64,000 nucleotides of DNA from an uncultured virus (IMG/VR IMGVR_UViG_3300042274_000333) (taxonomy: Duplodnaviria > Heunggongvirae > Uroviricota > Caudoviricetes), in IMG/VR virus record IMGVR_UViG_3300042274_000333; one strand, 5' to 3'. The notes beneath the pieces were generated by a model. That model searched no databases. It worked only from the letters and a program-made list of their open reading frames with translations, and had not been told where the DNA came from. Positions within the stretch are counted from its first letter, which is position 1. The number at the start of each line of letters is the position of its first letter. Made by a program: the position numbers and the translations under genes. This document shows positions 17,356 to 28,329 of the stretch, in pieces.

Positions 17356-20300
17356 ATGCCAATTACACTTAATACGCCAGCAAAAACTACAATATCTAAT
17401 ATAACTTATAACAATATCATGCAAGATGTATATAATCTTATTCAGGATAATAAAGCTCTTCGTGATAACTGGACTGATTATATATCTTCTGATGCTGGAA
17501 GAATGTTGACAGAAGTTTTTGCTTGGGTAGCAGAAAGATTAGCAGAGAGAATAGATGTTGTAGGAAATGAGTTATTTTTAGAGACAGCAGAAAATAAAGA
17601 AAGTGTTTTAAGGCTACTTAAACCTGTAGGATATAAATTAGATTTTCCTTCTTCTGCCTATACTGTTTGCTTATCTCAAATTTTAAACGGCACTAATGCC
17701 ATAGAAGAACAGATAACTTTATCTTATGGTTTGGGCGAAGGTGGAACAATTTCTTTATCTGATTCATCTTTTAAAAAAATCACTCATTCAGCTACTTCTA
17801 GGAAGTTTGAATTTATTAAATTTGATGAAACTAAAAAAGAATATGATTATTTTTCCCCTATTTTAACTAGTGTATCTTCTCCACAAGAACATGTTTTACA
17901 AGAAGGCGAAACAAAAGTATATTCATTTGTAGTTGATAAGCTTGGTCATAATACTATTCTGTTAAGTGGCCCAGTAATAAAGAATTCTGTAGAAATTTAT
18001 CACACCAATAAATTAGATAATGAAAGTTGGTCTAATAAAAAACTACTAAAAGTTGATAACTTTTTTTCCAGAGAAGCTCAAACTTCTGAAACTCCTGTTT
18101 ATAAAACAAATAATCTAGGTAATGGAGTATGTGAAATAGAATTTCCCGAGTTAGATATAGTAAGAGATAACTATGTAAGACTAGGAGAGGAGTATTCTAT
18201 TATCTATAGAGTAGGCGGAGGTTCTGTAGGAAATATAGCTTCTGGTTCTTTAAATTTTTCAGAACAAATATATTTAAATAATGGATTAACAAGGTTTTAT
18301 TCTACTTTTAGAAATATTACAGAAGGTATTGGTGGAATAGATGAACTAGAAGCAGATGACATAAAAAGAACAGCCCCACAAGACGTTAGGAATTTTTCAG
18401 CCGCAATAACCGAAGAAGATTATGAATATATACTAAAAAAGAATAATACTTCCATAAAAGATATAAAAGCTTATGGAGAATATAATATAACTAGTGATGA
18501 AATAGAAAGAGCTTATCAATATTATAAAAACCCATTAGATGTATGGCTATTTACCATAAAGGAAAAAAGTGGGTTTAGTGATACTATAACAGATATAACA
18601 GATTATATTAATGACATAGCTTTTGAAACGTTTGACCTTAACGAAAGACTTAATGAAATTTACCAAGTAAATGAAGCTTCTATAAATATAGAAGTAAGTT
18701 CTATATCTCCAAGGGCGACTAGTTATGTTTTTAATGATGGTTTAACCACAGAAACAATATATAACCCTGTAATACTTGATGTTCCAGAAAAAATATTAAG
18801 CAAACTAGAAGATGCTACAATTTTAGATGGTTATGAAGTAGTATTGACTGAATATCCTTTTGAAGAGAAAAAAGCCAACATTGTACCAAACACCTCAAAT
18901 AAAAAATACATAGTAAATGATGATGATGAAGTTGGTGGGTATCCTAAAAGGTACGTAAATACTACAGGAGAACTGTTAAAGGAATCAATAAGAGCTACTT
19001 TAACTTCAGCATATTCCGGATCTACATTTACCACAAATGATGGAGATACTATAACTCTAAATATAGGAGGTATCGGTGATATTTCCTTGAGCTTCAATAG
19101 CAGTTCTTTAAGTGTAGAAGATTTAGCACAAGAAATAAACAATAATATACAACTTGAATATTATAACACAAGGCAAGCTGTTGTATTAAAGGATAACATA
19201 GAGAATATAACTGGAGAGGCTTATGTATCTTATACAATCGGAGATACTTTAACTTTTGAAATAACTTCAGGAGGAATTCCGGAAACTTTTAGTATAACAT
19301 TAAACTCTGCTGGCATTACTTGGGAAGCATTAAAAGATGCAATGAATACGGCTCTTGACGGTGCTAGTACATTAACAGGGTATCAAGCTGATTTAGCTAC
19401 TAAATGGCCTGGAAGTATAGAAGAATGTTTTAATCTTATTATTTATAACACAGCAGAAGGTGCATCTTTAACGGAATTCTTTGTAGATGATGGAGCAACA
19501 AATGGCTTGCTTTTAGCTATGGAAGAAGAAGGCCCTATATCTTCTGGAGCAATTTTAAACATAGAAGAAACTACAGGAAGTACAACTATCCCAGAAATGT
19601 ATGACTTCTTTACTTATGAAGGTACCCCACCTAATGGCTATTTTGTATTAAGTGCTCCTGAGGAAGGAGAGATGATTGAAGTAGGAAATTCTCCAATGGC
19701 TAGAAGGTTATTTGGTTTAACTGAAGATTATTTTCTTGATGGAAGTACTAAAATTTCAGGATATAAATATTTTGTAATAGATGCTATATCAGATACTTAT
19801 AAAATGATTATAGGAATGCCTTCTATGAAAGATAGATTACCAGATACTATATATATATCTGGTTTCTGGGGAGAAAATAATACTATTGAATTAGGATCTT
19901 ATTATTCTTCACTTATAGAAGATTCAGAAATACCTTTAAAAGTAATAAACCTTCTTAAAAGACCACCTATAAAATACCTATATAATACTGTATTTAATGA
20001 AACTGAAAGAGGAGTATTAGATACATCTTCCCCTGATATTTATAATAGCGAGTATGAACTTAAGTTTACCAGAGATAAAATAACAGGATATACGTTTGAG
20101 CAAATAGGAAATATAGAAGAACCACCAAAGGTTACTTTTAGATATACCAGTAGTTCTACATTATCGTCCTTGCTTACAAATGAATACATAAGATTAAGAG
20201 TAGATAGCGAAGATTTAGACGGAATAACCGAAGGATATACCTGGACTTTATTAGAGGTTCCTGGAGCTGCAGAGTATACAGAAGATGGATACGTAAAAAT

Positions 20301-21495
20301 AAATATTGGGTTATTATCTAGTAAAGAAATAGGAAATATAGTAAATGCTATAAAATCAGAAATTTTTAGTGGGAAAATATATTCAAGTACTATTAATGAT
20401 GTACCGTATATCTATACAGTTACTAACACTTATTCTTCTGCTTTAGATTTTACAGGAACCCCTGAAACTACTTTTAATAAAGTTTTTTCGGAAGACTTTA
20501 AAGAAATATTTTATTCTACAGGAGCGATAATAGATGTAGAGCAAATACAGTATAAAAAGTTCTCATTTAATAGGAGCTATTTTTTAGAAGATAAAAATGT
20601 TTCAATATCAGGGGAATATAACTCCCAAACTTTTTCTAGTACTATATCTACACATGCGTCAATGGAACAGTTTAAAACCGCTATTTTAGGAGATTCTAGC
20701 TTAAATGATAAAATGGTATTTAATAATGATGAGTTAGTGTTTTTGTCCAAAAAAAATGGAGATTTAATAACTTTTTCTATAGATGTACCCGTAGAAGAAG
20801 AGGATGCATTATTTAGTTTTTGCCCAGATTTAAATGGAGTTATACCTTCTGGAATAACATATACTTTTACTAAAGAAAACTCTGGTGATTATTATATAGA
20901 AATAACTGATGATAAATATAACATGATAATAGAACAGCCTTCAGCTTTCCCATATGGTGATATTTATATCCATATGATAGAAGACTATAGAGGAGATCAC
21001 ATTTTAACATTAGAAGAGGATAGCGATATAACATATACAGATGAACATGTATGGGAAAATTCTTTGCAGGGCAAAAAAATGTTATGTGTAAATCATGTGT
21101 ATAAACAGCCAAGATTCATCCCGTTTAGTATAGATATAACTGTAAGAATCTTACCTAATGCTGGTAATAATAAACAAGAAGAATATAAAAGAAATACTGA
21201 AACTTTATTGAGAAATATGTATAATGTATATAGCGAAAATATAGGTAAAAACATTGATAGAAACTCTTTAGCTTTATTTATAGAGAGAAATTTAAGTAAT
21301 GTATCTAATGTTTCTATCAATTATTTAGGGTTTGATCTAGAAGGAAAAACTAATAACACAGAAACTATAGAAGTAGGATTTAATGAAAAGGCTATAATCG
21401 CTTCCAATAAGACTAAAACTGTGTCTTTAGAGGGTGGAATAACAAGAAATGTTATTATTCAAGGATTAAATATTAAAGTGGAGCAATCATTCTGA
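17356..21495 (+). CDS. Baseplate wedge protein (T4 gp6/baseplate J-like)
   Basis: NELFLETA..SV, YRVGGGSVGNI, GGIDE, AITEEDYEYIL. Confidence 0.85.
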   Translation: MPITLNTPAKTTISNITYNNIMQDVYNLIQDNKALRDNWTDYISSDAGRMLTEVFAWVAERLAERIDVVGNELFLETAENKESVLRLLKPVGYKLDFPSSAYTVCLSQILNGTNAIEEQITLSYGLGEGGTISLSDSSFKKITHSATSRKFEFIKFDETKKEYDYFSPILTSVSSPQEHVLQEGETKVYSFVVDKLGHNTILLSGPVIKNSVEIYHTNKLDNESWSNKKLLKVDNFFSREAQTSETPVYKTNNLGNGVCEIEFPELDIVRDNYVRLGEEYSIIYRVGGGSVGNIASGSLNFSEQIYLNNGLTRFYSTFRNITEGIGGIDELEADDIKRTAPQDVRNFSAAITEEDYEYILKKNNTSIKDIKAYGEYNITSDEIERAYQYYKNPLDVWLFTIKEKSGFSDTITDITDYINDIAFETFDLNERLNEIYQVNEASINIEVSSISPRATSYVFNDGLTTETIYNPVILDVPEKILSKLEDATILDGYEVVLTEYPFEEKKANIVPNTSNKKYIVNDDDEVGGYPKRYVNTTGELLKESIRATLTSAYSGSTFTTNDGDTITLNIGGIGDISLSFNSSSLSVEDLAQEINNNIQLEYYNTRQAVVLKDNIENITGEAYVSYTIGDTLTFEITSGGIPETFSITLNSAGITWEALKDAMNTALDGASTLTGYQADLATKWPGSIEECFNLIIYNTAEGASLTEFFVDDGATNGLLLAMEEEGPISSGAILNIEETTGSTTIPEMYDFFTYEGTPPNGYFVLSAPEEGEMIEVGNSPMARRLFGLTEDYFLDGSTKISGYKYFVIDAISDTYKMIIGMPSMKDRLPDTIYISGFWGENNTIELGSYYSSLIEDSEIPLKVINLLKRPPIKYLYNTVFNETERGVLDTSSPDIYNSEYELKFTRDKITGYTFEQIGNIEEPPKVTFRYTSSSTLSSLLTNEYIRLRVDSEDLDGITEGYTWTLLEVPGAAEYTEDGYVKINIGLLSSKEIGNIVNAIKSEIFSGKIYSSTINDVPYIYTVTNTYSSALDFTGTPETTFNKVFSEDFKEIFYSTGAIIDVEQIQYKKFSFNRSYFLEDKNVSISGEYNSQTFSSTISTHASMEQFKTAILGDSSLNDKMVFNNDELVFLSKKNGDLITFSIDVPVEEEDALFSFCPDLNGVIPSGITYTFTKENSGDYYIEITDDKYNMIIEQPSAFPYGDIYIHMIEDYRGDHILTLEEDSDITYTDEHVWENSLQGKKMLCVNHVYKQPRFIPFSIDITVRILPNAGNNKQEEYKRNTETLLRNMYNVYSENIGKNIDRNSLALFIERNLSNVSNVSINYLGFDLEGKTNNTETIEVGFNEKAIIASNKTKTVSLEGGITRNVIIQGLNIKVEQSF

Positions 21496-23189
21496 TGAAA
21501 GAAATAACAGCTAACATGATAGAATATATTATTACCTCTTTTTTAAAAGATGAACAACTAAAAGAGGTAATGTATGATTTTCACCTAACAAATGAAGAAG
21601 ATAAAGAAAGCCTTTTTTTCTATAAGATATCTAATGTTTTATATAATTTATCATTAAATATTCCTTTGTTAAACTCTAATTTATCAGCTTATGAAATTTA
21701 TGAAATAGAGCATAAAAAATACGAAGATAATATGCTTTATTTAAATTATTCTTCTACCATATTTAGATATATACAAGAAGTTATTCATGAAATATACCCT
21801 TTGATAAATTATGATTGGTATAATATAAAATACAGAAAGCTATATGTTCAAATATTATATTCCTTCTTTAACGCCAATGTTTTTAGCTTCTTTTTTGATA
21901 ATAGGAAAAGGTTTCTGCCAGAGTATGACTGGTTTATGATAGAGAAAGATGAAGATAGAAAAATTCATATAGAAGCTTTTTTTAAAGAATTTGATAAGTT
22001 TTCAACAATAATAAATTCTATAGCGAGATATACAGATATAGATAAAATTCCTCAAGATTATTTATCTTATTTATCTGCTATATTAGGAATTAAAGTGGTT
22101 TTAGAAGAGGATATAAATAACCACAGTAAAATGAGATCTCTTATAAGTAATATAGTTTCTGTATATAAACATAAAGGTACGATATATGCTTTAGAATTAT
22201 TTTTAGGCTCTCTTGGAGTAGGATTAAATATAAAAGAACTTTATTTTGATAGGAGACTATTTTGGTATGACAACGTAGAGGAAGGCAATCCTTTTACAAA
22301 AGAAAGAAATCTAGATTCTTATGAATATTATTTAACACCTTATAATCCATTAACTACATATTATCCTTTAACTCCTTATGAGAAAGTAAAAAATTTAACA
22401 GAGCCTAAATCACAAAGTTATTTCAGTAAACTAGTAGAAGATTATACAGTGGAAGACAGTGGGGATACAATAAGAGATGTATTAAAAAAAGTACTTGGGT
22501 ATTCTAATAATTTTCAAGAAATATTTACCTACTTTAAAACAAACACTATAACTCTTGAGTTTTACTTTTTTCATTCAAAAGAAAATTTAATAAGTTTAGA
22601 GTATCAAAAGATTTTAGAAAAATATATGAATATTATTATTCCTATATATATTAGAAAATATTATCCTACCATTCTATTTGAAGGAACTTTTTACGAAGAT
22701 AAAATAACATTTAAACTTTTTAACGCTTCTGAAATAACTAATGAAACTGTTTTAAACGATGGAACCGTGTTAAGGTATAACTTACCTAACTATCAATTAG
22801 TAGATGAAGGAATAATAGATGAAAATACAAAGAGAGTAGGGGATGAGTTTAACATAGATGGAAATAACGCAGATGCAGAGAATGATTACAATACAGAAGA
22901 CATAAGATTTACCCAGCAATCTGTCGCAGAGGCTTCGTCAGAACCCGAGCTAGCCTCTATTCCTTTCTCTTTTTTTAAGATTGAAGAAGAAGAAATAGAA
23001 GGATTTTCAGAAGAAGATGAAAATATATCAGACACTTATTCTTTTTATTTTGAGCCAGATTTAACAGGAGTAGATACTTCTAGTGTTTTTTCTGGGAGTA
23101 TTAATGTTGGATATATGGAGTACGCTAATCCTTTAAAAAGAGTTTATATTATAGATGGGAAAGATGATTTTTCTCTCACTATAACATAA
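21495..23189 (+). CDS. Baseplate protein (P2 gpI/gp7-like)
   Basis: DIDKIPQDYLSYLSAILG..VYKHKGT..ALE; follows wedge gene. Confidence 0.7.
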   Translation: MKEITANMIEYIITSFLKDEQLKEVMYDFHLTNEEDKESLFFYKISNVLYNLSLNIPLLNSNLSAYEIYEIEHKKYEDNMLYLNYSSTIFRYIQEVIHEIYPLINYDWYNIKYRKLYVQILYSFFNANVFSFFFDNRKRFLPEYDWFMIEKDEDRKIHIEAFFKEFDKFSTIINSIARYTDIDKIPQDYLSYLSAILGIKVVLEEDINNHSKMRSLISNIVSVYKHKGTIYALELFLGSLGVGLNIKELYFDRRLFWYDNVEEGNPFTKERNLDSYEYYLTPYNPLTTYYPLTPYEKVKNLTEPKSQSYFSKLVEDYTVEDSGDTIRDVLKKVLGYSNNFQEIFTYFKTNTITLEFYFFHSKENLISLEYQKILEKYMNIIIPIYIRKYYPTILFEGTFYEDKITFKLFNASEITNETVLNDGTVLRYNLPNYQLVDEGIIDENTKRVGDEFNIDGNNADAENDYNTEDIRFTQQSVAEASSEPELASIPFSFFKIEEEEIEGFSEEDENISDTYSFYFEPDLTGVDTSSVFSGSINVGYMEYANPLKRVYIIDGKDDFSLTIT

Positions 23190-23221
23190 ATAGAAGGAAA
23201 GGTAAAAAAGGAGATTTAATA

Positions 23222-23590
23222 ATGAATTTAAAAGAAGAAATGCTGGAAGCAGCAGGAATATCAATACCAAGAAAGAGCATAGAAAGGCTAATAATAAACG
23301 GAGCTTATTTTGATAAAAGCCTTGATTATGATTTAAGGATGGCAGTAGAGGAAGGTGTAATAACTTCCAGTTATGCAAATATGATAAGGCATTCAGCAAA
23401 AAAGGGTGAAGTTATTAACAAGTTTTTTAATGTATTCGCCCCTATGGTAGAAAGCTTAATAGAAGAGAAAATAAACTATTTAGAAAATGAACTTGAAAAC
23501 TCTACTGTTTTAGAAGAAAGCGAGAAATATAGTGAAGAGTTAGAAGATTTAAGAAAGAAAGTAGAAAATATAAGGAATATGATATGTTAA
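23222..23590 (+). CDS. Hypothetical protein
   Basis: AAGGAG RBS. Confidence 0.7.
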   Translation: MNLKEEMLEAAGISIPRKSIERLIINGAYFDKSLDYDLRMAVEEGVITSSYANMIRHSAKKGEVINKFFNVFAPMVESLIEEKINYLENELENSTVLEESEKYSEELEDLRKKVENIRNMIC

Positions 23591-24795
23591 AAGATGTTAT
23601 AATGAAGAGCTACAGGATGCTAAAAAAAGAGAATGATAGCATACCTTTAGGAGTAAGAGGAGAATTAGAAGTTATCGTTAGAGATAAGGACAGGAATATT
23701 ATAAGCTATGATATAGATCATAATGAAATAACCGATTGGATGAAACATGCTATAGTTCACTTACTTGCTGGAGATATATTATCTGAAGAGCATAAAGAAC
23801 CAACTGATGGTACTTCTGTGTCTGGTTTTTCTACTCCACTGGTATCCCCTTATAATGTTAAATTTACTAACATGCAAGCCAATGATGGAGTGAACACATT
23901 CCATGATTTGTCCACTTTAGTAAATAAAGACGGAATGTTGTTGTCTAATAGACCTTATTACCATAATGGCCTTGATGATGCATCTTTTTTATGGAGAAAT
24001 TTTGAAGAAAATAGAAGTTCTTATGTTTCTCCCATGTACCCTACAAAAATGCTTTTTGGGACAGGTAAAGAAATAAGCATGAATGATGATTACAGCACTT
24101 TAACCGCTTTATATGGAACAGATGATCCTAATACATTGAAGAATTTTCTAGGTATTGAAAGTATGGATGAAACTAGTTTTGCAACTTGGAAAGCAAATAT
24201 AAACATAGATTCTAACTATTATTCTGGGACCAGTAATTTAGCTGGAACAAATATAATAAAGGCAAGAACAGTACAGCCTCCTCATGTTTATCAAGAAGCC
24301 CCTGAAGAGCCAAATTATAGAGGAGAATTTGGAATAAAAGGTGCTATAAAAACATGTTTAATAGAAAGCGCTACAGACGAAACTACAAAGTATGATTTCA
24401 CTAATGAGATAGCTTCTGGAGAAAATAGAGGATTAGGGCGACCTTGTTTTGTGTATGCTCAAAGAGATGACAGCAATTTTCATACTGAAAGCGTTATACC
24501 TGGGTATACGCATATAGGTAAAAATAGCGCAACAGTTTATGAAGATAAATTTACATATTCTGTTATTATGCCACAGACATCTGGTTCTAACTTTTATCCT
24601 TATAATGGTTGGGTCCTGAAAGAAGCCGGACTTTTTTCCGATAGTATCTTAAGGTTAGGAACCTCTACAGATGGATACGAAAAAATGCCTTCTGGTATTC
24701 TTTTAGCTAAAAGATATATAAAGCCAGTAATGAAAACTGCAGATACCGAAATAGAATTTAGATGGAGTATTTATATTGCAGAGTCTTCTGTATAA
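23584..24795 (+). CDS. Baseplate/tail-fibre attachment protein
   Basis: RGELEVIVRD..HNEI; C-terminal EAGLF..KTADTEIEFRWSI. Confidence 0.65.
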   Translation: MLKDVIMKSYRMLKKENDSIPLGVRGELEVIVRDKDRNIISYDIDHNEITDWMKHAIVHLLAGDILSEEHKEPTDGTSVSGFSTPLVSPYNVKFTNMQANDGVNTFHDLSTLVNKDGMLLSNRPYYHNGLDDASFLWRNFEENRSSYVSPMYPTKMLFGTGKEISMNDDYSTLTALYGTDDPNTLKNFLGIESMDETSFATWKANINIDSNYYSGTSNLAGTNIIKARTVQPPHVYQEAPEEPNYRGEFGIKGAIKTCLIESATDETTKYDFTNEIASGENRGLGRPCFVYAQRDDSNFHTESVIPGYTHIGKNSATVYEDKFTYSVIMPQTSGSNFYPYNGWVLKEAGLFSDSILRLGTSTDGYEKMPSGILLAKRYIKPVMKTADTEIEFRWSIYIAESSV

Positions 24796-24818
24796 TAAAC
24801 ATAATTTAGTAATTGTAC

Positions 24819-24843
24819 AAGGAGGGGAAACCCTCCTTTTTTT
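24819..24843 (+). terminator. Terminator ending structural operon
   Basis: AAGGAGGG-GAAA-CCCTCCTT + T-run. Confidence 0.85.
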
Positions 24844-24893
24844 ATTTGCCAAAAAACTAAAAAAACAATATACTTTGCAAAAAGGGGAGTATT

Positions 24894-25172
24894 ATGGGAA
24901 TAATAACCAAAGAAAATCTTAATCTTTATGTAAGTAGAATAAAAAACTACGAAGAAAAATGTGAAAAAATAAATGATATGTTAAGGAAAGAAGCCGTTTT
25001 AGCAAAGATGTCAATAAGGGAACCAAAGAAAAAAGTAATAGAAGAATTCTTTTCAAGAGAAGAAACTATTATTTTAAACGAAATAATGCAAGAACTTATT
25101 GATGGTGGATTTACAGTACATATAACAGAAGAAACCTCAAGTGGTAAATATCTTATAATAGAATGGGAATAA
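24894..25172 (+). CDS. Hypothetical protein
   Basis: TTGCCA-17-TATACT promoter upstream, GGGGAG RBS. Confidence 0.7.
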   Translation: MGIITKENLNLYVSRIKNYEEKCEKINDMLRKEAVLAKMSIREPKKKVIEEFFSREETIILNEIMQELIDGGFTVHITEETSSGKYLIIEWE

Positions 25173-25213
25173 AATTTATTTGCCAAAAAACTAAAAAAAT
25201 AATATAATAAGAT

Positions 25214-25774
25214 ATGCTTGAACAAATACTACCTTACATTAAGAGTATAAAACTCATTAACTATGACCCTGAAGATGTCACCTCTTTTACTAATCAATTT
25301 GTAAGAGATTGGATTTTAAAAGGGACTAACAGGATAGATGCCGTATTTTGCGAAGGCTCTATATTTTTTAAAACAACTATCCCTACTAATGCTATAATGA
25401 AAAGATGCCTTATGATAGATTGTCAAATAAAAAGTATGCTTAAAAAGCCATATGTTTCTTTGACAAAAGGTAGCATAATGTTAAATTCGTTTGGTAATTT
25501 TAAAAAAATTGATAACTCTTTATTGGAGAGTAGTGAAATAATAGTAAATGGCTCTGGGTTTGGCAGTACCTTTAAAAACTGTGTGATACACGGAGGCTCC
25601 TTTACTGATTGCATTTTAGAAAACTGTATTATAAATAATGCTACTTTGATTATGTGCGATACTGATAGTTCTTGTACTCTTAATAAAACAAAAGAAGTTG
25701 GAAAGAAAAGGGGAAATATGTTAGGCTACACAGTTAAAAAAAGTAATTTTTTTAATAGCAAAAGAAAGGAATAA
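25214..25774 (+). CDS. Hypothetical protein with short pentapeptide-like beta repeats
   Basis: TTGCCA..TATAAT promoter; FKNCVI..FTDCILENCII. Confidence 0.65.
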   Translation: MLEQILPYIKSIKLINYDPEDVTSFTNQFVRDWILKGTNRIDAVFCEGSIFFKTTIPTNAIMKRCLMIDCQIKSMLKKPYVSLTKGSIMLNSFGNFKKIDNSLLESSEIIVNGSGFGSTFKNCVIHGGSFTDCILENCIINNATLIMCDTDSSCTLNKTKEVGKKRGNMLGYTVKKSNFFNSKRKE

Positions 25775-25777
25775 AAA

Positions 25778-26164
25778 ATGAAAGACAAAAAAATTTATGA
25801 ATTATTTAAAAGAGCATATGGTATAGGTGTTCCAGGAGTGGAAGATAGAGGGCTTAATGTTTATCTATTTCGTTATAAGAATTTTGGCATAAATATTTCA
25901 TCTGCTCATGGAGAAATTAAGATAGATGGTTTTTGTTTTAATGGAAAAGAAAAAGTTATTCGCCTAGAAGATTTTGAACTTGAAATTTTACTTTCAAAAG
26001 TACTAGATGGAATAGAAGAATGGATTAAATTCTTGGAAGAAGAAAATTTTAGAAGAGAGCTAGAAAAAAAAAGAAGACTGGAAATAGAGAAGAGTGAAGA
26101 CAGGAAATTTGTTGCAGAAAGTTTAGAAAGAATTCCTGTTTTATCTACTACATATCTAAAATAG
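25778..26164 (+). CDS. Hypothetical protein
   Basis: ORF with RBS. Confidence 0.65.
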   Translation: MKDKKIYELFKRAYGIGVPGVEDRGLNVYLFRYKNFGINISSAHGEIKIDGFCFNGKEKVIRLEDFELEILLSKVLDGIEEWIKFLEEENFRRELEKKRRLEIEKSEDRKFVAESLERIPVLSTTYLK

Positions 26165-26165
26165 T

Positions 26166-26708
26166 ATGATAATACCAGAAATAATGAGAAATAAAAAAGT
26201 ATATAATGCTATTGATGTAGCAAGGCATATTATAAATTATTGTTCTGATAATGATATATATGTTGACCATATCAGGTTAACAAAATTTTTATATTTTTGT
26301 CAAGCATCTTTCTTGTTTTCTTCTTTTAACAGAAGACCTTGTTTTTCAGAGCAAATATATGCTTGGGCTAATGGCCCTACAGTTGTAGAGGTGTATGACG
26401 AATTTAAGATGTTTGGAAGCTCTTGGATACCTAAAATAAAAAAAGTTATAAAGACAAAGCCTGATGTTTCTTATCCTTTTAACTTTTTTTACGAAGATTG
26501 GAAAGACCCTATTGAGAAATATGATGCAGAGTTGATTGATGATGTAGTATGTCATTTCAAAGACTATTCTTATACTTCTTTGATAAATATTCCACTTAAT
26601 CAGACACCTTGGGTAGATGCTTGGAATAGGGCTAGAGAAAAAGGAAAATACTCTGAACCTATAAGTAATGATGAAATTTTTAGATATTTTGCTTTAATAA
26701 AGGAATAA
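26166..26708 (+). CDS. Panacea (DUF4065/SocA-like) antitoxin-domain protein
   Basis: AIDVARHII, LTKFLYFCQ, AWANGPTVVEVY, TPW. Confidence 0.85.
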   Translation: MIIPEIMRNKKVYNAIDVARHIINYCSDNDIYVDHIRLTKFLYFCQASFLFSSFNRRPCFSEQIYAWANGPTVVEVYDEFKMFGSSWIPKIKKVIKTKPDVSYPFNFFYEDWKDPIEKYDAELIDDVVCHFKDYSYTSLINIPLNQTPWVDAWNRAREKGKYSEPISNDEIFRYFALIKE

Positions 26709-26734
26709 AAAATGAGAAATAAAGGAGATATAAA

Positions 26735-26941
26735 ATGTTAGTTTTTCTACTTGGTTTTTTAAGAGTCATATTATATATCACTGCAGTCTTGTTTGGAATT
26801 GCTTTGTTTCTTGGAATACTGTGGTTTATTATTACCGCCTTTTGTTTAACTTTAGATACAATATATAGTTTATTAGGTAAGGAAGAACCAGATTGGCTGG
26901 AAAATCTTTTGCTTTCTTTAGCGGGATGGAATTTAAAATAG
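26735..26941 (+). CDS. Small membrane protein
   Basis: Hydrophobic, AAGGAG RBS. Confidence 0.6.
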   Translation: MLVFLLGFLRVILYITAVLFGIALFLGILWFIITAFCLTLDTIYSLLGKEEPDWLENLLLSLAGWNLK

Positions 26942-26951
26942 GAGTTATAAA

Positions 26952-27248
26952 ATGAAAAAATTATTGGTTGCAGTTTTGTTGTCGGTACTTCTGTTTACTT
27001 CGTGTGGAATGGGATGGGAAAATTGGAAGAAGAACGTAAAGTCAGACTTTGGCGGTGGGCTAGAAAGAGAGATAGTAGTATCTAATATGCTCACTGGCGA
27101 AACAGTTTGGGAATACAATGGCGTTGCTTATATTGAAGGAGAGTCAACTGCTGGTAATATTACTATCGTGTTTTATGATAAAAACAATAAAACAAAGAAA
27201 GCAGATTTTCTTGGAACCTTTTATGGTGTTCATTCAATAGAGGAATAA
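26952..27248 (+). CDS. Putative lipoprotein
   Basis: MKK-hydrophobic-FTSC lipobox. Confidence 0.7.
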   Translation: MKKLLVAVLLSVLLFTSCGMGWENWKKNVKSDFGGGLEREIVVSNMLTGETVWEYNGVAYIEGESTAGNITIVFYDKNNKTKKADFLGTFYGVHSIEE

Positions 27249-27249
27249 T

Positions 27250-27471
27250 ATGGGAAATAAATACGATTTAGAACATTACGAAGAATATAAACTAATAAAC
27301 GGAATAGGGATAAAACGTATCATGCTTTGTGTAGAGGCTTGTAAAGGAATAACTGATAAATTTCTTGAAGAAGGATTAGTAGAGTTCGCCATTACTAACC
27401 CTATTCTTTTTGCTAATGATTATGACATAGAAAATATGACATATGATGGAATGGAAATTTGGGATGATTAA
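27250..27471 (+). CDS. Hypothetical protein
   Basis: Operonic ORF. Confidence 0.6.
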   Translation: MGNKYDLEHYEEYKLINGIGIKRIMLCVEACKGITDKFLEEGLVEFAITNPILFANDYDIENMTYDGMEIWDD

Positions 27472-27882
27472 ATGAAATTGATTGAAAAAAAGGAAAATCT
27501 TTTTAACCACACTTGCCCTATAGCACACTGCATATCTGCGGACTATGCCATGGGCGCTGGTATAGCAGTAGAAGTTTCTAAAAGATATAGAGTAAAACAA
27601 TACCTAAAAGAAAATGGAGATAGAAAATATCCTCAATGTATTTTTACGAGTAATGTTTTTAATTTGGTTACAAAAGAAAAATACTGGAATAAACCAACTT
27701 ATGAAAGTTTAAGAAAAGCATTAGAAATAATGAAATGGCAAATTGTGCAACTAAATATCAAAGAAGTTGCTATGCCTAAAATAGGATGCGGTTTAGATAG
27801 ATTGCAATGGGGAAGAGTAAGAGAGATTATAGAAGAAGTATTTCAAGATGTTGACATTACTATTACCGTATGTCATTTATAG
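27472..27882 (+). CDS. Macrodomain protein (TARG1/Poa1p/DarG-like)
   Basis: IAHCISADYAMGAGIA, FNLVTK, AMPKIGCGLDRLQW. Confidence 0.9.
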   Translation: MKLIEKKENLFNHTCPIAHCISADYAMGAGIAVEVSKRYRVKQYLKENGDRKYPQCIFTSNVFNLVTKEKYWNKPTYESLRKALEIMKWQIVQLNIKEVAMPKIGCGLDRLQWGRVREIIEEVFQDVDITITVCHL

Positions 27883-27891
27883 GAGATTTAA

Positions 27892-28329
27892 ATGAAAGTC
27901 GGAATTATTGACAAATTTGAAAAAAAGAACTTTTTCTTAAGTAATTTTTATCCTTGTGATATAGTATACAAAGGGCAAAAATTCACCAGTACAGAAGCTG
28001 CTTTTCAATGCCAGAAGTGTGCCAATGAAGAGGATAAAATTAATTTTTCTCACTTTGAACCAAGTCAATCTAAAATGTATGGTAGAAAAGTAAAATTAAG
28101 AAAAGACTGGGAAGATGTTAAAATCCAAGAAATGGAAAACATTCTTCGGGCGAAATTTACCCAAATTCCTGCTCTTGGAGAAAGATTGGTAAAAACTGGA
28201 AACGCTATACTCATTGAAGGGAACACCTGGCGTGATACCTTTTGGGGAGTATACGAAGGCAAGGGAGAAAATAATCTCGGGAAATTACTTATGAAAATAA
28301 GAGAGGAGTTAAGAAATGAAAGTAATTAA
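27892..28329 (+). CDS. NADAR (YbiA-like) protein
   Basis: FLSNFYP, EAAFQ, DWEDVK, AKF, LIEGNTWRDTFWG, GENNLGKLLM. Confidence 0.92.
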   Translation: MKVGIIDKFEKKNFFLSNFYPCDIVYKGQKFTSTEAAFQCQKCANEEDKINFSHFEPSQSKMYGRKVKLRKDWEDVKIQEMENILRAKFTQIPALGERLVKTGNAILIEGNTWRDTFWGVYEGKGENNLGKLLMKIREELRNESN

